DNA of 64,000 nt from Eledone cirrhosa. Lineage: Eukaryota. The position numbers were made by a program, and so were the translations under genes. The notes below the pieces were generated by a model that saw only the letters and a program-made list of their open reading frames with translations, was not told where the DNA came from and made no database searches. Of this stretch, positions 28,001-42,559 are shown piece after piece. The stretch lies in assembly GCA_964016885.1 (NCBI GenBank), contig OZ024744.1, positions 17,918,001 through 17,982,000 on the forward strand. Direction: 5' to 3'. The stretch's first letter is position 1. Each line of letters starts with the position of its first letter.

Positions 28001-31000
28001 TGTATGTTTCTGTATGTCTGTGTCACTGTGTATGTCACTGTATTTTTATGTATGTCTGTGTCACAGTGTATGTCACTGTATCTTTGTGTATGTATGTGTC
28101 CCTGTGTATGTCACTGTATGTTTCTGTATGTTTGTGTCATTGTGTATGTCACTGTGTGTTTCTGTATATCTGTGTCACTGTGTATGTCAATGTATCTTTG
28201 TGTATGTCTGTGTCACCGTGTATGTCACTGTATGTTTCTGTATGTCTGTGTCACTGTGTATGTCACTGTATGTTTCTGTATGTCTGTGTCACTGTGTATG
28301 TCACTGTATGTTTCTGTATGTCTGTGTCACTGTATATGTCACTGTATCTTCGTGTATGTATGTGTCCCTGTGTATGTCACTGTATGTTTCTGTATGTCTG
28401 TGTCACTGTGTATATCACTGTATGTTTATGTATGTCTGTGTCACTGTCTATCTCACTGTATGTTTCTGAATGTCTGTGTCACTGTGTATGTCACTGTGCG
28501 TTTCTGTATGTCTGTGTCACGGTGTGTGTCACTGTATGTTTGTGTGTGTATGTGTCACTGTGTATGTCACTGTGTGTTTGTGTATGTCTGTGTCACTGTG
28601 TATGTCAATGTGTGTTTATGTATGTCAGTGTCACTGTGCATGTCACTGTGTGTTTCTGTATGTCTGTGGCACTGTATATGTCACTGTATGTTTGTGTATG
28701 TCTGTGTCACTGTGTATGTCACTGTGTGTTTCTGTATGTCTGGGTTACTGTGTATGTCACTGTGTGTTTCCGTATGTCTGTGTCACTGTGTATGTCACTG
28801 AGTCTTTCTGTATGTCTGTGTCACTGTGTAAGTCACTGTATATTTGTGTATGTCTGTGGCACTCTGTATGACATTGTGTGTTTCTGTATGTGTGTGTCAC
28901 GGGCTATGTCACTGTATATTTGTGTATGCCTGTGTCACTGTGTATGTCAATGTGTGTTTCTGTATGTATGTGTCTCTGTGTATGTCACTGTATCTTTGTG
29001 TATGTATGTGTCACTGTGTATGTCACTGTGTGTTTGTGTATGTCTGTGTCACTGCGTATATTACTGTGAGTTTCTGTATGTCTGTGTCACTGTGTATGTC
29101 ACTGTATATTTCTATATGTCTGTGTCAGTGTGTATGTCACTGGGTGTTTCTGTATGTCTGTGTCAAACTGTATATCACTGTATCTTTGTGTAGGTCTGTG
29201 TCACCGTGTATGTCACTGTATCTTTATGTATGTCTGTGTCACTGTGTATGTCACTGTGTGTTTCTGTATGTCTGTGTCACTGTGTATGTCACTGTGTGTT
29301 TCTGTATATCTGTGTCTCTGTGTATGTCACTGTATCTTTGTGTATGTCTGTGTCACTGTGTATGTCACTGTATCTTTGTGTATGTCTGTGTCACGGTGTA
29401 TATCACTGTATGTTTGTGAATGTCTGTGTCACTCTATATATCACTGTACGTTTGTGTATGTCTGTGTGACTGTGTATGTCACTGTATGTTTCTGTATGTC
29501 TGTGTCACTGTGTATGTCACTGTGTATGTCACTGTGTGTTTGTGTATGTCTGTGTCACTGTATGTTTCTGTATGCCTGTGTCACTGTGTATGTCACTGCG
29601 TGTTTCTGTATGTCTGTGTCACCGTGTATGCCACTGCATCTTTGTGTATGCCTGTGTCACTGTATATGTCACTGCGTGATTGTGTATGTCTGTGTCACTG
29701 TGTATGTCACTGTGTGTTTCTGTATGTTTGTGTCACTGTGTGTGTCACTAAATGTTTGTGTGTGTCTGTGTCTCTGTGTATGTCACTGTGTGTTTGCGTG
29801 TGTCTGTGTCACTGTGGATGTCACTGTGTGTTTCTGTATGTCTATGTGACTGTGTATGTCACTGTTTGTTTGTGTATGTCTGTGTCACTGTGTGTGTTTC
29901 TGTATGTCTGTGTCATTGTGTATGTCACTGTATGTTTCTGTATGTATGTGTCACTGTGTATGTCACTGTATTTTTCTGTATGTCTGTGTCACAGTGTATG
30001 TCACTGTATCTGTGTGTATGTATGTGTCCCTGTGTATGTCACTGTATGTTTCTGTATGTCTGTGTCACTGTGTATGTCACTGTGTGTTTCTGTATGTCTG
30101 TGTCACTGTGTATGTCACTGTATCTTTGTGTATGTCTGTGTCACCGTGTATGTCACTGTATGTTTCTGTATGTCTGTGTCACTGTGTATGTCACTGTATT
30201 TTTCTGTATGTCTGTGTCACCGTGTATGTCACTGTATCTTTGTGTATGTATGTGTCCCTGTGTATGTCACTGTGTGTTTGTGTATGGCTGTGTCACTGTG
30301 TATGTTACTGTGAGTTTCTGTATGTCTGTGTCACTGTGTATGTCACTGTATATTTCTGTATCTGTATCAGTGTGTATGTCACTGGGTGTTTCTGTATGTC
30401 TGTGTCACTCTGTATATCACTGTATCTTTGTGTAGGTCTGTGTCACCGTGTATGTCACTGTGAGTTTCTGTATGTCTGTGTCACTGTCTATGTCACTGTA
30501 TCTTTGTGTATGTATACGTCACTGTGTATGTCAGTGTGTGTTTCTGTATGTCTGTGTCTCTGTGTATGTCACTGTATCTTTGTGTATGTCTGTGTCACTG
30601 TGTATGTCACTGTGTGTTTGTGTATGCCTGTGTCACTGTGTATGTTACTGTGAGTTTCTGTATGTCTGTGTCACTGTGTATGTCACTGTATCTTTGTGTA
30701 TGTCTGTGTCACTGTGTATGTTACTGTGAGTTTCTGTATGTCTGTGTCACGCTGTATGTCACTGTATCTTTGTGTAGGTCTGTGTCAGCGTGTATGTCAC
30801 TGTATCTTTATGTATGTCTGTGTCACTGTTTATGTCACTGTGAGTTTCTGTATGCATGTGTCACTGTGTATGTCACTGTGAGTTTCTGTATGTCTGTGTC
30901 ACTGTGTATGTCACAGTGTGTTTCTGTATGTATGTGTCACTGTGTATGTCACTGTATGTCTCTGTATGTATGTGTCACTGTCTATGTCACTGTATCTTTG

Positions 31001-34000
31001 TGTATGTCTACGTCACTGTGTATGTCACTGTGTGTTTCTGTATGTCTGTGTCTCTGTGTATGTCACTGTATCTTTGTGTATGTCTGTGTCACTGTGTATG
31101 TCACTGTGTGCTTCTGTATGTCTGTGTCACTGTGTATGTCACTGTGTGTTTCTGTATATCTGTGTCTCTGTGTATGTCACTGTATATTTGTGTATGTCTG
31201 TGTCACTGTGTATGTCACTGTATCTTTGTGTATGTTTGTGTCACGGTGTATATCACTGTATGTTTGTGTATGTCTGTGTCACTCTATATGTCACTGTACG
31301 TTTGTGTATGTCTGTGTGACTGTGTATGTCACTGTATGTTTCTGTATGTCTGTGTCACGGTGTATGTCACTGTGTGTTTCTGTATGTCTGTGTCACTGTG
31401 TATGTCACTGTATCTTTGTGTATGTCTGTGTCACTGTGTACGTCACTGTGTGTTTCTGTATGTATGTTTCACTGTCTCTGTCACTGTATGTTTCTGAATG
31501 TCTGTGTCACTGTGTATGTCACTGTGTGTTTCTGTATGTCTGTGTCACGGTGTATGTCACTGTATGTTTGTGTGTGTCTCTGTCACTGTGTATGTCACTG
31601 TGTGTTTCTGTATGTCTGTGTCACCGTGTATGTCACTGTATCTTTGTGTATGCCTGTGTCACTGTGTATGTCACTGTGTGATTATGTATGTCTGTGTCAC
31701 TGTGTATGTCACTGTGTGTTTCTGTATGTTTGTGTCACTGTGTATGTCACTAAATGTTTGTGTGTGTCTGTGTCTCTGTCTATGTCACTGTGTGTTTGCG
31801 TGTGTCTGTGTCACTGTGTATGTCACTGTTTGTTTCTGTATGTCTGTGTCACTGTGCATGTCATTGTATCTTCGTGTATGTTTGTGTCACTGTGTATGTC
31901 ACTGTATCTTTGTGTATGTCTGTGTCACTCTGTATGTCACTGTGTGTTTCTGCATGTCTGTGTTACTGTGTATGTCATTGTGTGTTTCTGTATGTCTGTG
32001 TCACTGTGTATGTCACTGTATGTTTCTGTATGTCTGTTTCACTGTGTATGTCACTGTGTGTTTCTGTATGTCTCTGTCACTCTGTATGTCACTGTATATT
32101 TCTGTATGTCTGTGTCACCGTGTATGTCACTGTATGTTTCTGTATGTCTGTGTCACTGTGTATGTCACTGTATTTTTATGTATGTCTGTGTCACTGTGTA
32201 TGTCACTGTATCTTTGTGTATGTATGTGTCCCTGTGTATGTCACTGTATGTTTCTGTATGTCTGTGTCATTGTGTATGTCACTGTGTGTTTCTGTATATC
32301 TGTTTCACTGTGTATGTCAATGTATCTTTGTGTATGTCTGTGTCACCGTGTATGTCACTGTATGTTTCTGTATGTCTGTGTCACTGTGTATGTCACTGTA
32401 TGTTTCTGTATGTCTGTGTCACTGTGTATGTCACTGTATGTTTCTGTATGTCTGTGTCACTGTGTATGTCACTGTATCTTCGTGTATGTATGTGTCCCTG
32501 TGTATGTCACTGTATGTTTCTGTATGTCTGTGTCACTGTGTATATCACTGTATGTTTCTGTATGTCTGTGTCACTGTCTATCTCACTGTATGTTTCTGAA
32601 TGTCTGTGTCACTGTGTATGTCACTGTGCGTTTCTGTATGTCTGTGTCACGGTGTATGTCACTGTATGTTTGTGTGTGTATGTGTCACTGTGTATGTCAC
32701 TGTGTGTTTGTGTATGTCTGTGTCACTGTGTATGTCACTGCCTGTTTCTGTATGTCTGTGTCACTGTGTAAGTCATTGTATCTTTGTGTATGTCTGTGGC
32801 ACTCTGTATGTCATTGTGTGTTTCTGTATGTCTGTGTGACTGTCTATGTCACTGTATATTTGTGTATGTCTGTGTCACTGTGTATGTCAATGTGTGTTTA
32901 TGTATGTCAGTGTCACTGTGTATGTCACTGTGTGTTTCTGTATGTCTGTGGCACTGTATATGTCACTGTATGTTTGTGTATGTCTGTGTCACTGTGTATG
33001 TCACTGTGTGTGTCTGTATGTCTGTGTCACTGTGTATGTCACTGTGTGTTTCTGTATGTCTGTGTCACTGTGTATGTCACTGAGAGTTTCTGTATGTCTG
33101 TGTCAGTATGTATGTCGCTGTATGTTTGTGTTGTCTGTGTCACTGTGTATGTCACTGGGTGTTTCTGTATGTCTGTGTCACTGTGTATGTCACTGTGCGT
33201 TTCTGTATGTATGTATCACTGTGTATGTCACTGTGTGTCTCTGTATGTCTGTGTCAATGTGTATGTCACTGTATCTTTGTGTATGTATGTGTCCCTGTGT
33301 ATGTCACTAAATGTTTCTGTATATCTGTGTCACTGTGTATGTCACTGTGTGTTTCTGTATGTCTGTGTCCCTGTGTATGTCACTGTATCTTTGTGTATGT
33401 CTGTGTCACCGTGTATGTCACTGTATGTTTCTGTATGTCTGTGTCACTGTGTATGTCACTGTATGTTTCTGTATGTATGTATCACTGTGTATGTCACTGT
33501 ATGTTTCTGTATGTCTGTGTCACTGTGTATATCACTGTATGTTTCTGTATGTCTGTGTCACTGTCTATCCCACTGTATGTTTCTGAATGTCTGTGTCACT
33601 GTGTATGTCACTGTGTGTTTCTGTATGTCTGTGTCACTGTGTAAGTCATTGTATCTTTGTGTATGTCTGTGGCACTCTGTATGTCATTGTGTGTTTCTGT
33701 ATGTCTGTGTGACTGTCTATGTCACTGTATATTTGTGTATGTCTGTGACACTGTGTATGTCAATGTGTGTTTCTGTATGTATGTGTCTCTGTGTATGTCA
33801 CTGTATCTTTGTGTATGTATGTGTCACTGTGTATGTCACTGTGTGTTTGTGTATGACTGTGTCACTGTGTATGTTACTGTGAGTTTCTGTATGTCTGTGT
33901 CACGCTGTATGTCACTGTATCTTTGTGTAGGTCTGTGTCAGCGTGTATGTCACTGTATCTTTATGTATGTCTGTGTCACTGTTTATGTCACTGTGAGTTT

Positions 34001-34744
34001 CTGTATGTATGTGTCACTGTGTATGTCACTGTGAGTTTCTGTATGTCTGTGTCACTGTGTATGTCACAGTGTGTTTCTGTATGTATGTGTCACTGTGTAT
34101 GTCACTGTATGTCTCTGTATGTATGTGTCACTGTCTATGTCACTGTATCTTTGTGTATGTCTACGTCACTGTGTATGTCACTGTGTGTTTCTGTATGTCT
34201 GTGTCTCTGTGTATGTCACTGTATCTTTGTGTATGTCTGTGTCACTGTGTATGTCACTGTGTGTTTCTGTATGTCTGTGTCACTGTGTATGTCACTGTGT
34301 GTTTCTGTATATCTGTGTCTCTGTGTATGTCACTGTATCTTTGTGTATGTCTGTGTCACTGTGTATGTCACTGTATCTTTGTGTATGTTTGTGTCACGGT
34401 GTATATCACTGTATGTTTGTGTATGTCTGTGTCACTCTATATGTCACTGTACGTTTGTGTATGTCTGTGTGACTGTGTATGTCACTGTATGTTTCTGTAT
34501 GTCTGTGTCACGGTGTATGTCACTGTGTGTTTCTGTATGTCTGTGTCACTGTGTATGTCACTGTATCTTTGTATATGTCTGTGTCACTGTGTACGTCACT
34601 GTGTGTTTCTGTATGTATGCGTCACTGTCTCTGTCACTGTATGTTTCTGAATGTCTGTGTCACTGTGTATGTCACTGTGTGTTTCTGTATGTCTGTGTCA
34701 CGGTGTATGTCACTGTATGTTTGTGTGTGTCTGTGTCACTGTGT
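15353..34744. repeat. Near-identical ~9.0-kb blocks, 15353-24377 and 25720-34744 (offset 10367)
   Basis: Dozens of ORF pairs share a constant offset of 10367 (15992/26359, 16814/27181, 18477/28844, 20139/30506, 21131/31498, 23556/33923, 24112/34479). There is no net indel across the block and only scattered substitutions. Confidence 0.95.
28590..33256. repeat. About 4.7-kb block duplicated at about 38150-42814 (offset 9558)
   Basis: Offsets 28844/38402, 30506/40064, 31498/41056 and 33108/42666 = 9558. Confidence 0.9.
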
Positions 34745-36835
34745 GTTTGTGTATGTCTGTGTCACTGTATGTTTCTGTATGTCTGTGTCACTGTGTATGT
34801 CACTGTGTGTTTCTGTATGTCTGTGTCACCGTGTATGTCACTGTATCTTTGTGTATGCCTGTGTCACTGTGTATGTCACTGTGTGATTCTGTATGTCTGT
34901 GTCACTGTGTATGTCACTGTGTGTTTCTGTATGTTTGTGTCACTGTGTATGTCACTAAATGTTTGTGTGTGTCTGTGTCTCTGTCTATGTCACTGTGTGT
35001 TTGCGTGTGTCTGTGTCACTGTGTATGTCACTGTTTGTTTGTGTATGTCTGTGTCACTGTGTGTGTTTCTGTATGTCTGTGTCACTGTGCATGTCATTGT
35101 ATCTTCGTGTATGTCTGTGTCACTGTGTATGTCACTGTATCTTTGTGTATGTCTGTGTCACTCTGTATGTCACTGTGTGTTTCTGCATGTCTGTGTTACT
35201 GTGTATGTCACTGTGTGTTTCTGTATGACTCTGTCACTCTGTATGTCACTGTATATTTCTGTATGTCTGTGTCACTGTGTATGTCACTGTACGTTTCTGT
35301 ATGTCTGTGTCACTGTGTATGTCACTGTATTTTTCTGTATGTCTGTGTCAATGTGTATGTCACTGTATCTTTGTGTATGTATGTGTCCCTGTGTATGTCA
35401 CTAAATGTTTCTGTATATCTGTGTCACTGTGTATGTCACTGTGTGTTTCTGTATGTCTGTGTCCCTGTGTATGTCACTGTATCTTTGTGTATGTCTGTGT
35501 CACCGTGTATGTCACTGTATGTTTCTGTATGTCTGTGTCACTGTGTATGTCACTGTATGTTTCTGTATGTATGTATCACTGTGTATGTCACTGTATGTTT
35601 CTGTATGTCTGTGTCACTGTGTATATCACTGTATGTTTCTGTATGTCTGTGTCACTGTCTATCCCACTGTATGTTTCTGAATGTCTGTGTCACTGTGTAT
35701 GTCACTGTGTGTTTCTGTATGTCTGTGTCACTGTGTAAGTCATTGTATCTTTGTGTATGTCTGTGGCACTCTGTATGTCATTGTGTGTTTCTGTATGTCT
35801 GTGTGACTGTCTATGTCACTGTATATTTGTGTATGTCTGTGACACTGTGTATGTCAATGTGTGTTTCTGTATGTATGTGTCTCTGTGTATGTCACTGTAT
35901 CTTTGTGTATGTATGTGTCACTGTGTATGTCACTGTGTGTTTGTGTATGACTGTGTCACTGTGTATGTTACTGTGAGTTTCTGTATGTCTGTGTCACGCT
36001 GTATGTCACTGTATCTTTGTGTAGGTCTGTGTCAGCGTGTATGTCACTGTATCTTTATGTATGTCTGTGTCACTGTTTATGTCACTGTGAGTTTCTGTAT
36101 GTATGTGTCACTGTGTATGTCACTGTGAGTTTCTGTATGTCTGTGTCACTGTGTATGTCACAGTGTGTTTCTGTATGTATGTGTCACTGTGTATGTCACT
36201 GTATGTCTCTGTATGTATGTGTCACTGTCTATGTCACTGTATCTTTGTGTATGTCTACGTCACTGTGTATGTCACTGTGTGTTTCTGTATGTCTGTGTCT
36301 CTGTGTATGTCACTGTATCTTTGTGTATGTCTGTGTCACTGTGTATGTCACTGTGTGTTTCTGTATGTCTGTGTCACTGTGTATGTCACTGTGTGTTTCT
36401 GTATATCTGTGTCTCTGTGTATGTCACTGTATCTTTGTGTATGCCTGTGTCACTGTGTATGTCACTGTATCTTTGTGTATGTTTGTGTCACGGTGTATAT
36501 CACTGTATGTTTGTGTATGTCTGTGTCACTCTATATGTCACTGTACGTTTGTGTATGTCTGTGTGACTGTGTATGTCACTGTATGTTTCTGTATGTCTGT
36601 GTCACGGTGTATGTCACTGTGTGTTTCTGTATGTCTGTGTCACTGTGTATGTCACTGTATCTTTGTATATGTCTGTGTCACTGTGTACGTCACTGTGTGT
36701 TTCTGTATGTATGTGTCACTGTCTCTGTCACTGTATGTTTCTGAATGTCTGTGTCACTGTGTATGTCACTGTGTGTTTCTGTATGTCTGTGTCACGGTGT
36801 ATGTCACTGTATGTTTGTGTGTGTCTGTGTCACTG
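33240..36835. repeat. Local duplication with 2094-bp period (seen again as 2095 bp at about 51150-54730)
   Basis: Offsets 33311/35405, 33657/35751 and 34479/36573 = 2094. Offsets 51202/53297 and 51548/53643 = 2095. Confidence 0.88.
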
Positions 36836-39800
36836 TGTATGTCACTGTGTGTTTCTGTATGTCTGTGTCACCGTGTATGTCACTGTATCTTTGTGTATGC
36901 CTGTGTCACTGTGTATGTCACTGTGTGATTATGTATGTCTGTGTCACTGTGTATGTCACTGTGTGTTTCTGTATGTTTGTGTCACTGTGTATGTCACTAA
37001 ATGTTTGTGTGTGTCTGTGTCACTGTCTATGTCACTGTGTGTTTGCGTGTGTCTGTGTCACTGTGTATGTCACTGTTTGTTTGTGTATGTCTTTGTCACT
37101 GTGTGTGTTTCTGTATGTCTGTGTCACTGTGCATGTCATTGTATCTTCGTGTATGTCTGTGTCACTGTGTATGTCACTGTATCTTTGTGTATGTCTGTGT
37201 CACTCTGTATGTCACTGTGTGTTTCTGCATGTCTGTGTTACTGTGTATGTCATTGTGTGTTTCTGTATGTCTGTGTCACTGTGTATGTCACTGTATGTTT
37301 CTGTATGTCTGTTTCACAAGTGTATGTCACTGTGTGTTTCTGTATGTCTCTGTCACTCTGTATGTCACTGTATATTTCTGTATGTCTGTGTCACTGTGTA
37401 TGTCACTGTATGTTTCTGTATGTCTGTGTCACTGTGTATGTCACTGTATTTTTATGTATGTCTGTGTCACAGTGTATGTCACTGTATCTTTGTGTATGTA
37501 TGTGTCCCTGTGTATGTCACTGTATGTTTCTGTATGTCTGTGTCATTGTGTATGTCACTGTGTGTTTCTGTATATCTGTGTCACTGTGTATGTCAATGTA
37601 TCTTTGTGTATGTCTGTGTCACCGTGTATGTCACTGTATGTTTCTGTATGTCTGTGTCACTGTGTATGTCACTGTATGTTTCTGTATGTCTGTGTCACTG
37701 TGTATGTCACTGTATGTTTCTGTATGTCTGTGTCACTGTATATGTCACTGTATCTTCGTGTATGTATGTGTCCCTGTGTATGTCACTGTATGTTTCTGTA
37801 TGTCTGTGTCACTGTGTATATCACTGTATGTTTATGTATGTCTGTGTCACTGTCTATCTCACTGTATGTTTCTGAATGTCTGTGTCACTGTGTATGTCAC
37901 TGTGCGTTTCTGTATGTCTGTGTCACGGTGTGTGTCACTGTATGTTTGTGTTTGTATGTGTCACTGTGTATGTCACTGTGTGTTTGTGTATGTCTGTGTC
38001 ACTGTGTATGTCACTGCCTGTTTCTGTATGTCTGTGTCACTGTGTAAGTCATTGTATCTTTGTGTATGTCTGTGGCACTCTGTATGTAATTGTGTGTTTC
38101 TGTATGTCTGTGTGACTGTCTATGTCACTGTATATTTGTGTATGTCTGTGTCACTGTGTATGTCAATGTGTGTTTATGTATGTCAGTGTCACTGTGCATG
38201 TCACTGTGTGTTTCTGTATGTCTGTGGCACTGTATATGTCACTGTATGTTTGTGTATGTCTGTGTCACTGTGTATGTCACTGTGTGTTTCTGTATGTCTG
38301 GGTTACTGTGTATGTCACTGTGTGTTTCCGTATGTCTGTGTCACTGTGTATGTCACTGAGTCTTTCTGTATGTCTGTGTCACTGTGTAAGTCACTGTATA
38401 TTTGTGTATGTCTGTGGCACTCTGTATGACATTGTGTGTTTCTGTATGTGTGTGTCACGGGCTATGTCACTGTATCTTTGTGTATGCCTGTGTCACTGTG
38501 TATGTCAATGTGTGTTTCTGTATGTATGTGTCTCTGTGTATGTCACTGTATCTTTGTGTATGTATGTGTCACTGTGTATGTCACTGTGTGTTTGTGTATG
38601 TCTGTGTCACTGCGTATATTACTGTGAGTTTCTGTATGTCTGTGTCACTGTGTATGTCACTGTATATTTCTATATGTCTGTGTCAGTGTGTATGTCACTG
38701 GGTGTTTCTGTATGTCTGTGTCAAACTGTATATCACTGTATCTTTGTGTAGGTCTGTGTCACCGTGTATGTCACTGTATCTTTATGTATGTCTGTGTCAC
38801 TGTGTATGTCACTGTGTGTTTCTGTATGTCTGTGTCACTGTGTATGTCACTGTGTGTTTCTGTATATCTGTGTCTCTGTGTATGTCACTGTATCTTTGTG
38901 TATGTCTGTGTCACTGTGTATGTCACTGTATCTTTGTGTATGTCTGTGTCACGGTGTATATCACTGTATGTTTGTGAATGTCTGTGTCACTCTATATATC
39001 ACTGTACGTTTGTGTATGTCTGTGTGACTGTGTATGTCACTGTATGTTTCTGTATGTCTGTGTCACTGTGTATGTCACTGTGTATGTCACTGTGTGTTTG
39101 TGTATGTCTGTGTCACTGTATGTTTCTGTATGCCTGTGTCACTGTGTATGTCACTGCGTGTTTCTGTATGTCTGTGTCACCGTGTATGCCACTGCATCTT
39201 TGTGTATGCCTGTGTCACTGTATATGTCACTGCGTGATTGTGTATGTCTGTGTCACTGTGTATGTCACTGTGTGTTTCTGTATGTTTGTGTCACTGTGTG
39301 TGTCACTAAATGTTTGTGTGTGTCTGTGTCTCTGTGTATGTCAATGTGTGTTTGCGTGTGTCTGTGTCACTGTGGATGTCACTGTGTGTTTCTGTATGTC
39401 TATGTGACTGTGTATGTCACTGTTTGTTTGTGTATGTCTGTGTCACTGTGTGTGTTTCTGTATGTCTGTGTCATTGTGTATGTCACTGTATGTTTCTGTA
39501 TGTATGTGTCACTGTGTATGTCACTGTATTTTTCTGTATGTCTGTGTCACAGTGTATGTCACTGTATCTTTGTGTATGTATGTGTCCCTGTGTATGTCAC
39601 TGTATGTTTCTGTATGTCTGTGTCACTGTGTATGTCACTGTGTGTTTCTGTATGTCTGTGTCACTGTGTATGTCACTGTATCTTTGTGTATGTCTGTGTC
39701 ACCGTGTATGTCACTGTATGTTTCTGTATGTCTGTGTCACTGTGTATGTCACTGTATTTTTCTGTATGTCTGTGTCACCGTGTATGTCACTGTATCTTTG

Positions 39801-42559
39801 TGTATGTATGTGTCCCTGTGTATGTCACTGTGTGTTTGTGTATGCCTGTGTCACTGTGTATGTTACTGTGAGTTTCTGTATGTCTGTGTCACTGTGTATG
39901 TCACTGTATATTTCTGTATCTGTGTCAGTGTGTATGTCACTGGGTGTTTCTGTATGTCTGTGTCACTCTGTATATCACTGTATCTTTGTGTAGGTCTGTG
40001 TCACCGTGTATGTAACTGTGAGTTTCTGTATGTCTGTGTCACTGTCTATGTCACTGTATCTTTGTGTATGTATACGTCACTGTGTATGTCAGTGTGTGTT
40101 TCTGTATGTCTGTGTCTCTGTGTATGTCACTGTATCTTTGTGTATGTCTGTGTCACTGTGTATGTCACTGTGTGTTTGTGTATGCCTGTGTCACTGTGTA
40201 TGTTACTGTGAGTTTCTGTATGTCTGTGTCACTGTGTATGTCACTGTATCTTTGTGTATGTCTGTGTCACTGTGTATGTTACTGTGAGTTTCTGTATGTC
40301 TGTGTCACGCTGTATGTCACTGTATCTTTGTGTAGGTCTGTGTCAGCGTGTATGTCACTGTATCTTTATGTATGTCTGTGTCACTGTTTATGTCACTGTG
40401 AGTTTCTGTATGCATGTGTCACTGTGTATGTCACTGTGAGTTTCTGTATGTCTGTGTCACTGTGTATGTCACAGTGTGTTTCTGTATGTATGTGTCACTG
40501 TGTATGTCACTGTATGTCTCTGTATGTATGTGTCACTGTCTATGTCACTGTATCTTTGTGTATGTCTACGTCACTGTGTATGTCACTGTGTGTTTCTGTA
40601 TGTCTGTGTCTCTGTGTATGTCACTGTATCTTTGTGTATGTCTGTGTCACTGTGTATGTCACTGTGTGTTTCTGTATGTCTGTGTCACTGTGTATGTCAC
40701 TGTGTGTTTCTGTATATCTGTGTCTCTGTGTATGTCACTGTATATTTGTGTATGTCTGTGTCACTGTGTATGTCACTGTATCTTTGTGTATGTTTGTGTC
40801 ACGGTGTATATCACTGTATGTTTGTGTATGTCTGTGTCACTCTATATGTCACTGTACGTTTGTGTATGTCTGTGTGACTGTGTATGTCACTGTATGTTTC
40901 TGTATGTCTGTGTCACGGTGTATGTCACTGTGTGTTTCTGTATGTCTGTGTCACTGTGTATGTCACTGTATCTTTGTGTATGTCTGTGTCACTGTGTACG
41001 TCACTGTGTGTTTCTGTATGTATGTGTCACTGTCTCTGTCACTGTATGTTTCTGAATGTCTGTGTCACTGTGTATGTCACTGTGTGTTTCTGTATGTCTG
41101 TGTCACGGTGTATGTCACTGTATGTTTGTGTGTGTCTCTGTCACTGTGTATGTCACTGTGTGTTTCTGTATGTCTGTGTCACCGTGTATGTCACTGTATC
41201 TTTGTGTATGCCTGTGTCACTGTGTATGTCACTGTGTGATTATGTATGTCTGTGTCACTGTGTATGTCACTGTGTGTTTCTGTATGTTTGTGTCACTGTG
41301 TATGTCACTAAATGTTTGTGTGTGTCTGTGTCTCTGTCTATGTCACTGTGTGTTTGCGTGTGTCTGTGTCACTGTGTATGTCACTGTTTGTTTCTGTATG
41401 TCTGTGTCACTGTGCATGTCATTGTATCTTCGTGTATGTCTGTGTCACTGTGTATGTCACTGTATCTTTGTGTATGTCTGTGTCACTCTGTATGTCACTG
41501 TGTGTTTCTGCATGTCTGTGTTACTGTGTATGTCATTGTGTGTTTCTGTATGTCTGTGTCACTGTGTATGTCACTGTATGTTTCTGTATGTCTGTTTCAC
41601 TGTGTATGTCACTGTGTGTTTCTGTATGTCTCTGTCACTCTGTATGTCACTGTATATTTCTGTATGTCTGTGTCACCGTGTATGTCACTGTATGTTTCTG
41701 TATGTCTGTGTCACTGTGTATGTCACTGTATTTTTATGTATGTCTGTGTCACTGTGTATGTCACTGTATCTTTGTGTATGTATGTGTCCCTGTGTATGTC
41801 ACTGTATGTTTCTGTATGTCTGTGTCATTGTGTATGTCACTGTGTGTTTCTGTATATCTGTTTCACTGTGTATGTCAATGTATCTTTGTGTATGTCTGTG
41901 TCACCGTGTATGTCACTGTATGTTTCTGTATGTCTGTGTCACTGTGTATGTCACTGTATGTTTCTGTATGTCTGTGTCACTGTGTATGTCACTGTATGTT
42001 TCTGTATGTCTGTGTCACTGTGTATGTCACTGTATCTTCGTGTATGTATGTGTCCCTGTGTATGTCACTGTATGTTTCTGTATGTCTGTGTCACTGTGTA
42101 TATCACTGTATGTTTCTGTATGTCTGTGTCACTGTCTATCTCACTGTATGTTTCTGAATGTCTGTGTCACTGTGTATGTCACTGTGCGTTTCTGTATGTC
42201 TGTGTCACGGTGTATGTCACTGTATGTTTGTGTGTGTATGTGTCACTGTGTATGTCACTGTGTGTTTGTGTATGTCTGTGTCACTGTGTATGTCACTGCC
42301 TGTTTCTGTATGTCTGTGTCACTGTGTAAGTCATTGTATCTTTGTGTATGTCTGTGGCACTCTGTATGTCATTGTGTGTTTCTGTATGTCTGTGTGACTG
42401 TCTATGTCACTGTATATTTGTGTATGTCTGTGTCACTGTGTATGTCAATGTGTGTTTATGTATGTCAGTGTCACTGTGTATGTCACTGTGTGTTTCTGTA
42501 TGTCTGTGGCACTGTATATGTCACTGTATGTTTGTGTATGTCTGTGTCACTGTGTATGT

